39,118 bases of DNA from Patescibacteria group bacterium (GTDB lineage Bacteria > Patescibacteriota > Minisyncoccia > Phycocordibacterales > UBA2100), in the NCBI GenBank assembly GCA_024654485.1, contig JANLHO010000004.1, forward strand, positions 1-39,118, read 5' to 3'. Numbering within the stretch: position 1 is the first letter of the stretch; every line of letters starts with the position of its first letter. Positions 30,598-38,970 of this stretch are shown here, one piece after another. Under the pieces are notes generated by a model, which made no database searches, was not told the DNA's origin, and saw only the letters and a list, made by a program, of their open reading frames with translations. The position numbers were made by a program, and so were the translations under genes.

Positions 30598-30873
30598 TTA
30601 TTTTTTTGTTTCTCCTTTATCTCCTCCGAGCACGTCCTTGGTCTGGATTGGGCTTTGTATCCCGGGGACCCATGTTGCATCTATCTCGCCGAATTTCTTC
30701 TCGTACTCCCCTGTCTGATGCGCCAGATACTGCTGGAGCCGCTTCATGTGCTGAGGCGTGAGGGCATAGGTAATGCCCTGCTCGCCGGTGAGCATTGTCA
30801 TCACGAAATACTCCTGTGAAAAGGCGACGGCGATATTCTCGCAAAATTGCTTGGGTATCTTGTTGGGGTCCAT
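30598..30873 (-). CDS. DUF3467-like protein
   Basis: FSQEYF...LTPQHMKRL...L.....EYEKKFGEI. Confidence 0.65.
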   Translation of the reverse strand: MDPNKIPKQFCENIAVAFSQEYFVMTMLTGEQGITYALTPQHMKRLQQYLAHQTGEYEKKFGEIDATWVPGIQSPIQTKDVLGGDKGETKK

Positions 30874-30942
30874 AGCCGCCTTATTCTAACAGATGTGCGC
30901 GTTTTGCACATGAACCCCCGCAGGGATGCCGTTGCGCCTTGA

Positions 30943-31017
30943 TTGACGATTGGTGCAGGCGGGAGTACGGTATGAAGTACGGCTCAACCATGAAGCAAGG
31001 ATGAAAGGAGGGAAGCC
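30943..31017 (+). promoter_or_regulatory. Promoter and strong Shine-Dalgarno for the sole plus-strand gene
   Basis: TTGACG-N17-TACGGT; AAGGAGG at 31005-31011, 6 nt before the GTG. Confidence 0.55.
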
Positions 31018-31548
31018 GTGAACAGAGTCAGCACCTTGAAATTTGCTTTCGCATGCGGCATAGCGCTGTGTGCGACCGCCGCATGGGCGGATTCTTCGGT
31101 ACCTGTACCGAGTCTTCGTCCTTCGCCGACAGAGACGCTTCCAATACCGGCTCTCCGGCCGCAGTTCCCGCCGACGCCTCCAGAGGAGATGAGGGCCGGC
31201 ATCATCCGAGGGTTAGTTTGCGGCACAGCGGAGCAGAGCTTGACCGTCCTGGATCTGCTTGCACAATACATGGATATCAATGCCGTGGTGCAGGCCGCAT
31301 CTCGGCTCAGCGCAGTGCCGTGTGAGGACGGGGTGTATGAGTTTGACGAGTGGAAAGTTCGCGGCAAGCCGATATACATGCCGGAGTTCAACGCGGACTT
31401 CGTCGTCGTGCGTGTGCGCATCGTGACAAAAGTCACCACTTTTTATTTCGCCACCCTCGGCTTCTCCGACTCTTTCACGATAAAAACGCCAATGAGCCCA
31501 CCCATATATCGGTTCCTCCTCTACCAACTACCGGGAGACTCAATGTGA
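31018..31548 (+). CDS. Secreted orphan protein
   Basis: Signal peptide ending AWA, Pro-rich linker, SD, downstream hairpin; fills a gap with no credible minus-strand gene. Confidence 0.7.
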   Translation: MNRVSTLKFAFACGIALCATAAWADSSVPVPSLRPSPTETLPIPALRPQFPPTPPEEMRAGIIRGLVCGTAEQSLTVLDLLAQYMDINAVVQAASRLSAVPCEDGVYEFDEWKVRGKPIYMPEFNADFVVVRVRIVTKVTTFYFATLGFSDSFTIKTPMSPPIYRFLLYQLPGDSM

Positions 31549-31585
31549 AGTTGTCGGAGGATACACCGTGGAGCGACGACAGAAT

Positions 31586-31617
31586 GGAGCCCGCCATCAA
31601 GGATGATGCCGGGCTCC
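31586..31617. terminator. Hairpin between convergent genes
   Basis: GGAGCCCG.CATC...GATG.CGGGCTCC. Confidence 0.6.
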
Positions 31618-31654
31618 ACTATTTGTGACCAGCGCGTTGACAGATATAAGTCAC

Positions 31655-32206
31655 CTATTTGTCTTTCCTCCACAACTCAAAAACGAAACGATAATCGCCC
31701 TGCCCTATTGACACGGTAGATAGAGTGTCTGGATACACGGCGATGAGCGTTATGGATACCGCTCCCGTAGCGACAGGCTGCCCGAGTATGAATTCCCGCT
31801 CTGCCGTGCCGGAAGCGCTCTGAAGCTCCGCGAGGAGGCGCACTCTCCCCGCCCAGATGCACGTAACGTCCGACGGACAACGGCTGTCTTCCAAAATTTC
31901 CAAAGGGATGACTTTCACGCCCATGGCCGATGCTCCCTGCCCTATGCGCGCCTCTATGCGCTCCGGCGAAAGAGAACCGGACGGTACTTCCCGCCCTCCG
32001 CCGTCCGCAGGCGGACACACGGCGAATTCGCAATTCGGGCGGGTGCGCCCCACGTATGAGCCGTCGGGGCATTGCTTCGCCTCCATCGTGCATGCGCGCA
32101 TCCCCGGCGGCGGACTACCTTCGCGCTGATACGTGCTGAAAAAAGCCAGCGCCAGAAGCGCCGCGATGAGCGCGAAGAGCACCGCTACCATTCTGCCTAT
32201 CGTCAT
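31655..32206 (-). CDS. Membrane-anchored Cys-module protein
   Basis: TM; ACTMEAKQCPDGSYVGR..PNCEF..CP; DSRCP.DV.CIWAG. Confidence 0.8.
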   Translation of the reverse strand: MTIGRMVAVLFALIAALLALAFFSTYQREGSPPPGMRACTMEAKQCPDGSYVGRTRPNCEFAVCPPADGGGREVPSGSLSPERIEARIGQGASAMGVKVIPLEILEDSRCPSDVTCIWAGRVRLLAELQSASGTAEREFILGQPVATGAVSITLIAVYPDTLSTVSIGQGDYRFVFELWRKDK

Positions 32207-32239
32207 GCGACAGAGTATATCAGATTGGCTACGCAGAAC

Positions 32240-33208
32240 TTAGCCACCTACTATGCGTATTTTGTGAAAATTCTTGCCGGAGAGTCCTTCAAGTGAAATC
32301 GGCTCCTCCTCGCAGAGCGTTTTTTCCAATTGCGAAGGCGAGAGGATTGTCTCAATTAATGAGTCCTCTCTTTTTAGCAGTGCCCCTACCCCCACCCAAT
32401 AGCGTACGATGGAAGTTTTGGTCGTACCGACCGCGATGAAGTTGTCCAGATTGAGTGGAGTTGAGAAAACGCCGACGGTATCTGGTTCGCACAGGTATTT
32501 GTTGGTCAGGTGTATGTACGCATCGTGTATGAGCGCATTCTTCTCTCTCCAGAGCGGATCGTCCGTCTGCCCAGGCTTTATTCTCACGTTGAGTTCCATC
32601 TTCCGTAGCTTCGCCTCCGTGAGCTTGGGGTAGCCGCCCTCGTACTCCGCCTGGTCGCGCTTTATTTGTTCGGCCAGCTGCGCCTCAAAATCCCCATCCT
32701 CGTAGTGAGAGCGCATCGGCGTAAGAGAGTAAGTGAGATTTTCCGGCGCATACGGCCGCAGGAACGCAAAAAGCGCGCTGAATACTTCCGCGTATTTATC
32801 CGTATCATTTGCTGGGATGTTGTTGAGTCGCTCCACAATGACCTCGTCGGAGGAAAAGTTCAGATGCACCCCCGGCTTGTGCATAGCGGCCACGGGATTG
32901 AGCCAGCGCGTGAGATACATAAGTGTGAAAAGTTCCGCCCAATCAGGCTCGGGAGCTTCCTCAAAGCGCCAGAGTTTGTACGCGCCGAAGGGCCAGAGGA
33001 ATTTGATGGGCGTCCCCGCGCGCACGTGGCGCTCTATCACGCTACGCATGCGTTTTTGGTGCGACTCGGGTGTCGCGTACTTCCTAAATTTCTTGGACAT
33101 GAGCGCTTTCATGATGGCATCGGTGCGCTCTTCGGCGGCGGGGAGCGGAGCATTCTCCAGAGCGCGCAGCTGTGACAAACGCTCTTCAATGAAAGCCTTA
33201 GGTGTCAT
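32240..33208 (-). CDS. Hypothetical protein, possible distant PvcA/DIT1 (isonitrile synthase)-like fold
   Basis: PIKF..PFGAYK, PDWAELFTL, KPGV...SSD. The first ATG overlaps the tRNA CCA. Confidence 0.6.
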   Translation of the reverse strand: MTPKAFIEERLSQLRALENAPLPAAEERTDAIMKALMSKKFRKYATPESHQKRMRSVIERHVRAGTPIKFLWPFGAYKLWRFEEAPEPDWAELFTLMYLTRWLNPVAAMHKPGVHLNFSSDEVIVERLNNIPANDTDKYAEVFSALFAFLRPYAPENLTYSLTPMRSHYEDGDFEAQLAEQIKRDQAEYEGGYPKLTEAKLRKMELNVRIKPGQTDDPLWREKNALIHDAYIHLTNKYLCEPDTVGVFSTPLNLDNFIAVGTTKTSIVRYWVGVGALLKREDSLIETILSPSQLEKTLCEEEPISLEGLSGKNFHKIRIVGG

Positions 33209-33281
33209 GGAGATGCGGGCAGGAATCGAACCTGCGTACACTGCTTTGCAGACAGCGGCCTGACCACTCGGCTACCGCATC
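33208..33281 (-). tRNA. tRNA-Cys (GCA)
   Basis: Acceptor GATGCGG/CCGCATC, anticodon loop CTGCAAA, GGTTCGATTCC T-arm, U73 discriminator, encoded CCA. Confidence 0.97.
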
Positions 33282-33345
33282 AAGCCCAGCTTACCATCGC
33301 GGTAATCTGCTTCAAAGATGAGCGGCCGAGTACTTAGGCGCGGAG

Positions 33346-33492
33346 TTATACTCTCACGTCCGTGATACACATGAGGCAGACCTCCTGCCCCTTCCTCGTT
33401 TTGATGTATTTGTTGCCGCACTCGCAGATCTCTATAGCCGGCTCGTTCGGATTCTCTATCCATTTTCCGTTCTTGAAGAAATTTTTTACCAT
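33346..33492 (-). CDS. 48-aa zinc-finger-like microprotein (not in ORF track)
   Basis: MVKNFFKNGKWIENPNEPAIEICECGNKYIKTRKGQEVCLMCITDVRV; CxC...CxxC. Confidence 0.75.
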   Translation of the reverse strand: MVKNFFKNGKWIENPNEPAIEICECGNKYIKTRKGQEVCLMCITDVRV

Positions 33493-33519
33493 AAGCTGAT
33501 TTGTGGTTAGCCTGCCGAA

Positions 33520-34755
33520 TTACTCAACGAACGTGAGCGCCTTGCCGCGCTTACCCGCACGTCCGGTGCGGCCGATGCGGTGAACGTAGTCTTCGTATGT
33601 GGTCGGGATGTCATAGTTTATGACGTGGGATACGTCGGGGACGTCTATGCCACGCGCCGCGACATCGGTCGCGACGAGTATCTGCACGCGGCTGTCCTTG
33701 AAGAGCGAGAGCGCGCGCTGCCGCCTGTTCTGATTTTTGTTGCCGTGGATGGCTTCCGCCTTGAATCCGCGCTGTATCAGCACTTTGGAGAGCTTTTCCA
33801 CGCCGTGCTTGGTGCGCCCGAAGACCAACACCTTGCTGAATTCCGGTTGCATCAGAAGGTCGTGGAGGACGTCTATCTTGTTCTTCCCCGCCACGACGCG
33901 GACGATGTCTTGCTCCACGCCCTGCGCGGTATCGCCGCGCTTCACGGATATACGCGCAGGCGAGCGGAGGAATTCCCTTACGAGGCTCTCTATCTCGCTG
34001 GAAACGGTCGCGGAGAAAAAGAGCGTATGCCGCTCCTGCGCCATTTTGGAGACGAGGAAGCGCATGTCCGCGATGAATCCCATGTCCAGCATCCTGTCTG
34101 CCTCATCTAGGACGACGGTGCGGAATCTGGAGAGATCCAGCACGCGCCGCTCCATGAGGTCTTTGAGGCGTCCGGGTGTGCCGATGACGAAATGCGGATC
34201 GCGACGGAGCGTCGCTATCTGCTTCCCGATGCTGGCGCCGCCTACGCACGAGACCGCGCCGATTCGCAGATAATCCGCGAATCCCCAAAACTCTTCTTCT
34301 ATCTGCAGCGCGAGCTCACGCGTTGGGACGACCACGAGCACGCGCTCGGCTTTGTTGCGGAGGACTTTGTGTATGAGCGGGATGAGGAAGGCGCCCGTTT
34401 TGCCGGTGCCGGTGTTGGCGATGCCGACGATGTCCTTGCCTTCAAGTATCTGCGGGATGGCGCTGTCTTGTATCGGCGTCGGCGTGTCGTAGCCTTTCTT
34501 GGCGATATTTTTCTTGAGCGACTCGTCAATAGCGAAATCGGCGAATGCGTGCTGCGGCGTGAAAGCTATTATCGCTTCGGCGACCGGCGCTTTATTGATG
34601 AAGCGCGCGATGTCTATGCGAGCGCCCGCATGTGCGCCGCGATTGCTCTTGCGGGGGTAGCGCGAACGCGATGGATAAGGACGGCCGTATGAGCGGCCGC
34701 GTGAAGGGCGTGCGGAGCTACCGCGTGCATGTGTCTGCTTGTAGTAAGCTGTCAT
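33520..34755 (-). CDS. DEAD-box RNA helicase (RhlE-like)
   Basis: Q motif PTPIQ, TGTGKT, PTRELA, DEAD, SAT, HRIGRTGR; Arg-rich N-terminus. Confidence 0.95.
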   Translation of the reverse strand: MTAYYKQTHARGSSARPSRGRSYGRPYPSRSRYPRKSNRGAHAGARIDIARFINKAPVAEAIIAFTPQHAFADFAIDESLKKNIAKKGYDTPTPIQDSAIPQILEGKDIVGIANTGTGKTGAFLIPLIHKVLRNKAERVLVVVPTRELALQIEEEFWGFADYLRIGAVSCVGGASIGKQIATLRRDPHFVIGTPGRLKDLMERRVLDLSRFRTVVLDEADRMLDMGFIADMRFLVSKMAQERHTLFFSATVSSEIESLVREFLRSPARISVKRGDTAQGVEQDIVRVVAGKNKIDVLHDLLMQPEFSKVLVFGRTKHGVEKLSKVLIQRGFKAEAIHGNKNQNRRQRALSLFKDSRVQILVATDVAARGIDVPDVSHVINYDIPTTYEDYVHRIGRTGRAGKRGKALTFVE

Positions 34756-34961
34756 GATTATATGTGCCCGAATGTACGGGCTTTTCCGTCGCCAGCCGCC
34801 GTGTGGCGGGATGGAGAGCGGACTTTAGAATATTGTTGAACTATCTCGAGAGCGTTTCATCCCGGCGTTTTCAGAGGGACAGTCTTGGTATCTCCCAAGA
34901 CAAAAACCAATTGAGAAGGTCAAACGCTTACAAGGATAGCAGAAGGAAGGGCGCTTGTCAA
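34756..34961 (-). promoter_or_regulatory. Promoter and about 170-nt structured leader of the DEAD-box helicase
   Basis: TTGACA-N17-TATCCT; hairpins GTCTTGG/CCAAGAC, CCGCC/GGCGG, GCCCG/CGGGC. Confidence 0.6.
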
Positions 34962-34971
34962 CTTCGGCGTG

Positions 34972-35271
34972 CTACAGGATAAAAAATGCCAGCACGAGAA
35001 AAAGCAGCGTGAGAAGCGCGAAAGCGCCGAGTGTCTGCATGAAGAGCTTAACCGCAAGCTGCTTCTCCCCATCCATGTACAGGATAGCCGGATGGTAGAA
35101 AAATATATAGCCCATTAGCGCCGCCGAGAGTACGAAGAGCGAGAGCATCGCGACGGGCACAAGGGCGCTTTCGCCGGATCCCGCGAGCTTCGGCCCGTAG
35201 TAGAGGAGGGATGCGACGAGCACTATGTACCCGGCGGCCAACACCGCATTCGCCAAAGGATTCTTCGTCAT
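34972..35271 (-). CDS. 3-TM membrane protein
   Basis: Hydrophobic ORF with LSLFVLSAALMG...P; TATACT 8 nt upstream. Confidence 0.75.
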   Translation of the reverse strand: MTKNPLANAVLAAGYIVLVASLLYYGPKLAGSGESALVPVAMLSLFVLSAALMGYIFFYHPAILYMDGEKQLAVKLFMQTLGAFALLTLLFLVLAFFIL

Positions 35272-35349
35272 ACCGCCTCAGTATATACCGCTCCAACCCT
35301 CAGCCAAGAAGCTTACCCGCGACTGACTTTTCTACCGGTCGCGGGATTA

Positions 35350-35721
35350 TCAGAGGAAAAAGACGAGGTATGCGCCGACTGCGGCTACTGTGACGCCCAT
35401 CAAGCCGAGGGTGGAGCGCGACCACGGCTTGACCATTTTGTGTAATCTCTCCGGAGCGAGTAGGTAGAGCACGCCCTTTATGAGGATTGCCCACCCCATC
35501 ACCTGCACGAATATACCCAGCCAGTCGCCGCTGATGTCGCTCCTAAAGACGATAAGCGCGCCGCCCAAGACGAGAAGCGCGCCGACGACGAAGGTCATCG
35601 CGCGATTCTGGAATAGGTCCCTGAGAAGCAGGCCAAGCGTCTTTCTATGCGTTACGACGAATACGCCGCTGACAAGAAAATATGCCCCCAATACTTTTGC
35701 AATAAGAATCGTTGTGTCCAT
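35350..35721 (-). CDS. 4-TM membrane protein
   Basis: MDTTILIAK..G, GW..LIKG....L.P. Confidence 0.75.
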   Translation of the reverse strand: MDTTILIAKVLGAYFLVSGVFVVTHRKTLGLLLRDLFQNRAMTFVVGALLVLGGALIVFRSDISGDWLGIFVQVMGWAILIKGVLYLLAPERLHKMVKPWSRSTLGLMGVTVAAVGAYLVFFL

Positions 35722-35832
35722 AAATTAAAATCGCGTAAATTAATAAATCTGTCCAAAGCCCCATAATTATACACCCCTCTGGACGATGGCCTGTGAAAAC
35801 ACCTGAACTACACCGGGCAGTACGAGCTGGTC

Positions 35833-36084
35833 TCAATCCGAGTGACCAAGCCGTATCAATCCCAGCTTCTTTTGTCGCGGCCAGCTTTTGATATCGGCTT
35901 CTCTTTTTAGTGCCGACGACCTGTCGGGACGCCCCTCCGAATACACGATGCGCTTGGCGATATGCGACCTTGTATAGTTGCCGCCCTCTCCCTTTTTGTG
36001 CTGCTCAAATCGGCGCTCCAAGTCATTGGTCACGCCGGTGTAGAGAGACCCGTCGCCGCATTGCAGTATGTAAACAAAATACAT
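35833..36084 (-). CDS. Stand-alone GIY-YIG nuclease family protein (UPF0213-like)
   Basis: FVYIL.C.DGSLYTG.T.DL.RR..QH..G.G..YT; ALKRE..IK. Confidence 0.92.
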   Translation of the reverse strand: MYFVYILQCGDGSLYTGVTNDLERRFEQHKKGEGGNYTRSHIAKRIVYSEGRPDRSSALKREADIKSWPRQKKLGLIRLGHSD

Positions 36085-36242
36085 ATGTCCATACTACCCC
36101 ACACGCCCGACCACGGGGAAGGCCGAAAAAGGTTCCCGACACCTTTTATTCTTGAGGAAAAGCGAGAGTTGATGCAATCGTTTAAGAGCAAACTCATCTT
36201 GCTCAATAAACGACTGATTCATGAGTAAAAAGGTTGTTCGCG

Positions 36243-37952
36243 TTATGTAAGTAAGGCTTGAAGAGCTTTTCTGTTTTTTGGACTAAATGAGTACCCATTT
36301 TTCTCAACTTCTTTCCAAAAGACTTCCTTAACTTCGTCATGGTTTCTCAAAAAAACAATCGCCTCTTGCTGGTTCGTAATCCTTTTCCGACGCGCACCGC
36401 TTACAATGCCAGAGAAATAGGAAGGCGTGCTAGATTTCAGGCTAAAATCCGCCTTCCATATTTGATGAACACAATTCCTTAGATGACCATCATATTCCGC
36501 AAATAAGTCTTCCACTGCCTGTCCAGCTGGGAGAACTATGAGAAACACTTTAGGAATATCCTTAACCTCCAACTTCTTAAATCCACTTCGTTCTGCTCCT
36601 TCTCCAGCGTCTTCTGTATGACGCTTTATAGAGTCCAAGCCACCGTCGCCATCTACAATAAAGTACGCAGCAGACCCGAGAATTTGTGGAGCTGCTTTTA
36701 ATAAATCGAGGTATCTGCCGACATCTGCTATTCCTTCCAAGCCCTTCGTTACATCAATCCCCACTTTTCTAAAAGCCTCAACGGTCAGATCTTTTTGATC
36801 TTCGATGAAGATGAGCCGATCACTTTTTGCAATTGTAAAATACGCGCCGAAGTTGACATCGCCCATGAGTTTTCCGACTTCAGAGACTTTCTGATCCGAT
36901 GCCTCCGTTACTAGGAGTGAAGATAACCGTTCTTCAGAAAGAATGTTCCACCTGACCCTTTCGCCGCCGCGTCTACTTGCAGCAAGCAGCGCAGGCGAGT
37001 GTGTAGAGACAACCATTTGCATATTGCTGAGCCAGGTCTCTGAGTTAATTTCCCCAGCAAGTTTAAGAAGAAGGTCCATATGCAGAAAAGACTCCGGTTC
37101 TTCCATCAGCCAAAGAGGGTGGTATTCACCCCGGTGCAGAGATCGATCGCTATCGAGAAGAAAGTGGGCAAGGTATAGAACTGTAGATTGTGCGCCCGTA
37201 CCTTGCGCCGTAAGTTCTATTTCGGGAGCTCCTTTATACCCTTGGAAGCTAATATCTGATACGTCAATAATTTGTTTTATGTTCCGGGGCAGATCTATCA
37301 TCACTCTCGAGCCGGGCCAAAATGCTTGGAGCGAATCGCTAATTGAGCGTGATAGATATTCGTTTGCAGATTTACGCATTTCATCCCATCGCTGTTCGAG
37401 ATCCTTTATTGCATGCGTAAGAGCTGCACCACGTCCCCAGTTTGCTAATAGACGTTGGCGAAGTTTCTTCTGCACATTGGCGAGCAACAACTTTCCCTCT
37501 TGCGGGTGTATGTAGGTCACTTCTACAGCACTTAGAAGCCAGACCACATCTTCCGGCAAATCGTCACTTTCCTTCCCGCCACCAATTATCCAGCTCGCGC
37601 CTACGGCATCCGAAATTGGTGTGTAGGTTAAAATTTTAGTAACGGTTAGCTCGTGCCCGAATTTTTTTAAAAGTCTTGTTTTCCTTGTCTTGGTGCTTAA
37701 AGCTTCCAAGTCAAAGGTTAAGCGGATTTCACTCCTGTTATAACCCTTTTTCTTAGCAAGAAACTCCGTCTTGTTGAGGAAGGAGCTATCAGAGTAGTAG
37801 TCATCGGTAAAGAATGCCTTAAGACTGTGGAAAATGTTTGTCTTACCGGCGTTGTTAACGCCGATGAGGTATGTCGCTTGGGACATGTCCACTTGTGTCA
37901 CTCCGCGAAAGCTACGGAAGTTCTTGATCTTTAACTCCTTTATCAAATTCAT
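36243..37952 (-). CDS. OLD-family ABC-ATPase plus TOPRIM nuclease (putative defence protein)
   Basis: IKNFRSF, G.NNAGKT, QGTGAQS, MEEPESFLH, STHSP; TOPRIM IFIE...D and DGD; AT-richer DNA. Confidence 0.8.
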   Translation of the reverse strand: MNLIKELKIKNFRSFRGVTQVDMSQATYLIGVNNAGKTNIFHSLKAFFTDDYYSDSSFLNKTEFLAKKKGYNRSEIRLTFDLEALSTKTRKTRLLKKFGHELTVTKILTYTPISDAVGASWIIGGGKESDDLPEDVVWLLSAVEVTYIHPQEGKLLLANVQKKLRQRLLANWGRGAALTHAIKDLEQRWDEMRKSANEYLSRSISDSLQAFWPGSRVMIDLPRNIKQIIDVSDISFQGYKGAPEIELTAQGTGAQSTVLYLAHFLLDSDRSLHRGEYHPLWLMEEPESFLHMDLLLKLAGEINSETWLSNMQMVVSTHSPALLAASRRGGERVRWNILSEERLSSLLVTEASDQKVSEVGKLMGDVNFGAYFTIAKSDRLIFIEDQKDLTVEAFRKVGIDVTKGLEGIADVGRYLDLLKAAPQILGSAAYFIVDGDGGLDSIKRHTEDAGEGAERSGFKKLEVKDIPKVFLIVLPAGQAVEDLFAEYDGHLRNCVHQIWKADFSLKSSTPSYFSGIVSGARRKRITNQQEAIVFLRNHDEVKEVFWKEVEKNGYSFSPKNRKALQALLT

Positions 37953-38059
37953 AGGGTAGTTGGAGTATACTCAAAATACTCCCGCTTGACCCGTCTAGGT
38001 CACTAGACGTGGTGTCCAAGATGAGATATTTGTGATGATGTATAAATAATTCTTCATAT

Positions 38060-38146
38060 TTACCTCAAAAGTCTATCTACCGACACGTCGAGCGCATCTG
38101 CGATGCGCTTAATGGTCGAAAGTGTCGGGTTTTTCTTGTTGAGTTC
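38060..38146 (-). pseudogene. C-terminal remnant of an XRE-family HTH regulator
   Basis: ELNKKNPTLSTIKRIADALDVSVDRLLR*; the N-terminal helices and a nearby in-frame ATG are missing. Confidence 0.7.
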
Positions 38147-38361
38147 CGGGCCATGATGTGGCCTAACTGTACCAAGTTTCCGCGCATTGCGAAATCGCCG
38201 TAGGGTGGCGCGGGGTGGGCTCTGATACCCAACACGGCCGGGGTGTGTTGCGTAGCATTCTACGTAACAACGGAGTCCCCCTGTTGCCGCTCGTCCTTTT
38301 CCAGTACCTTTTTGATCTGTTCGAAAAGCGTATATTTCATGCTTCTAGATACTCACACAAA

Positions 38362-38916
38362 TCAGGAGTTTGAGGAATCGGTTGGTTTTGGTGCCAGTTT
38401 GGCATCGATTTTGGCCTTGACGGCGTCCCGCCCCATTTCTGATGTCTTTATGTGGCAAAGCGGCAGATCGGATGATTCGGAAATATAGTCAATGAATGCG
38501 TCCCGCGCTTGCCTATCGGGTCGTTCGTGGCTGCTTCCGTCGAGCTCAATGACGAGTTGCGCCTGTACGCGCTCTTTGTCGCAGAGGACGAAGTCAGCGG
38601 ACTTCCTATCGATTTTGTTTCGCAGCACAAATTGATCTTTGTATGAAAGCCCCCTGTGCGGAACGAGCAAATGGCTGTAGTGGACCTGCGGGAAGATATA
38701 GAAACGGTCTACGTATAGTTCCCGCAATGTATTGAACAGTTCACGTTCGGTCTTCGCATCAAACAAATCCTGTTTCCTGTCATAGGCGAGCGGTCGCTCG
38801 CCGCCCGATGACAACCAGCGCCAGATCAGCGCCGCCGCCACAACGACAAGCAGCACGGCGAGGAGTACGTACAGCCCGATGAACGGATGCAGAGCAGCCC
38901 CCAGATCAAACATCAC
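38362..38916 (-). CDS. DUF2726 (PD-(D/E)XK-like) membrane-anchored protein
   Basis: TM; E..LF..L, FPQV, KSADFVLCD, IELDGSSH, RDAF. Confidence 0.85.
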   Translation of the reverse strand: MMFDLGAALHPFIGLYVLLAVLLVVVAAALIWRWLSSGGERPLAYDRKQDLFDAKTERELFNTLRELYVDRFYIFPQVHYSHLLVPHRGLSYKDQFVLRNKIDRKSADFVLCDKERVQAQLVIELDGSSHERPDRQARDAFIDYISESSDLPLCHIKTSEMGRDAVKAKIDAKLAPKPTDSSNS

Positions 38917-38970
38917 AAAATAATCCCACAGATCTTCATTTTGCTCTAGTCCTGCCGTAGATTTACTGCA

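Noticed and set aside
33209..33241. ORF-track start at 33241 for the 32240 gene
   Set aside because: The extension is translated tRNA sequence (AGSIPA is the T-arm).
32240..33281. Integrative element at tRNA-Cys
   Set aside because: No integrase and no duplicated tRNA 3' end were seen in the window.
33272..33463. 63-aa ORF in the track
   Set aside because: It overlaps the tRNA; the alternative frame 33346-33492 gives a more credible Cys-motif protein.
35833..36084. GIY-YIG protein as the mobiliser of the palindromic repeats
   Set aside because: It is not flanked by type A, B or C repeats and belongs to a common stand-alone family, so the sequence gives no support.
36243..37952. Gabija or retron system
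   Set aside because: No adjacent UvrD helicase or reverse transcriptase.
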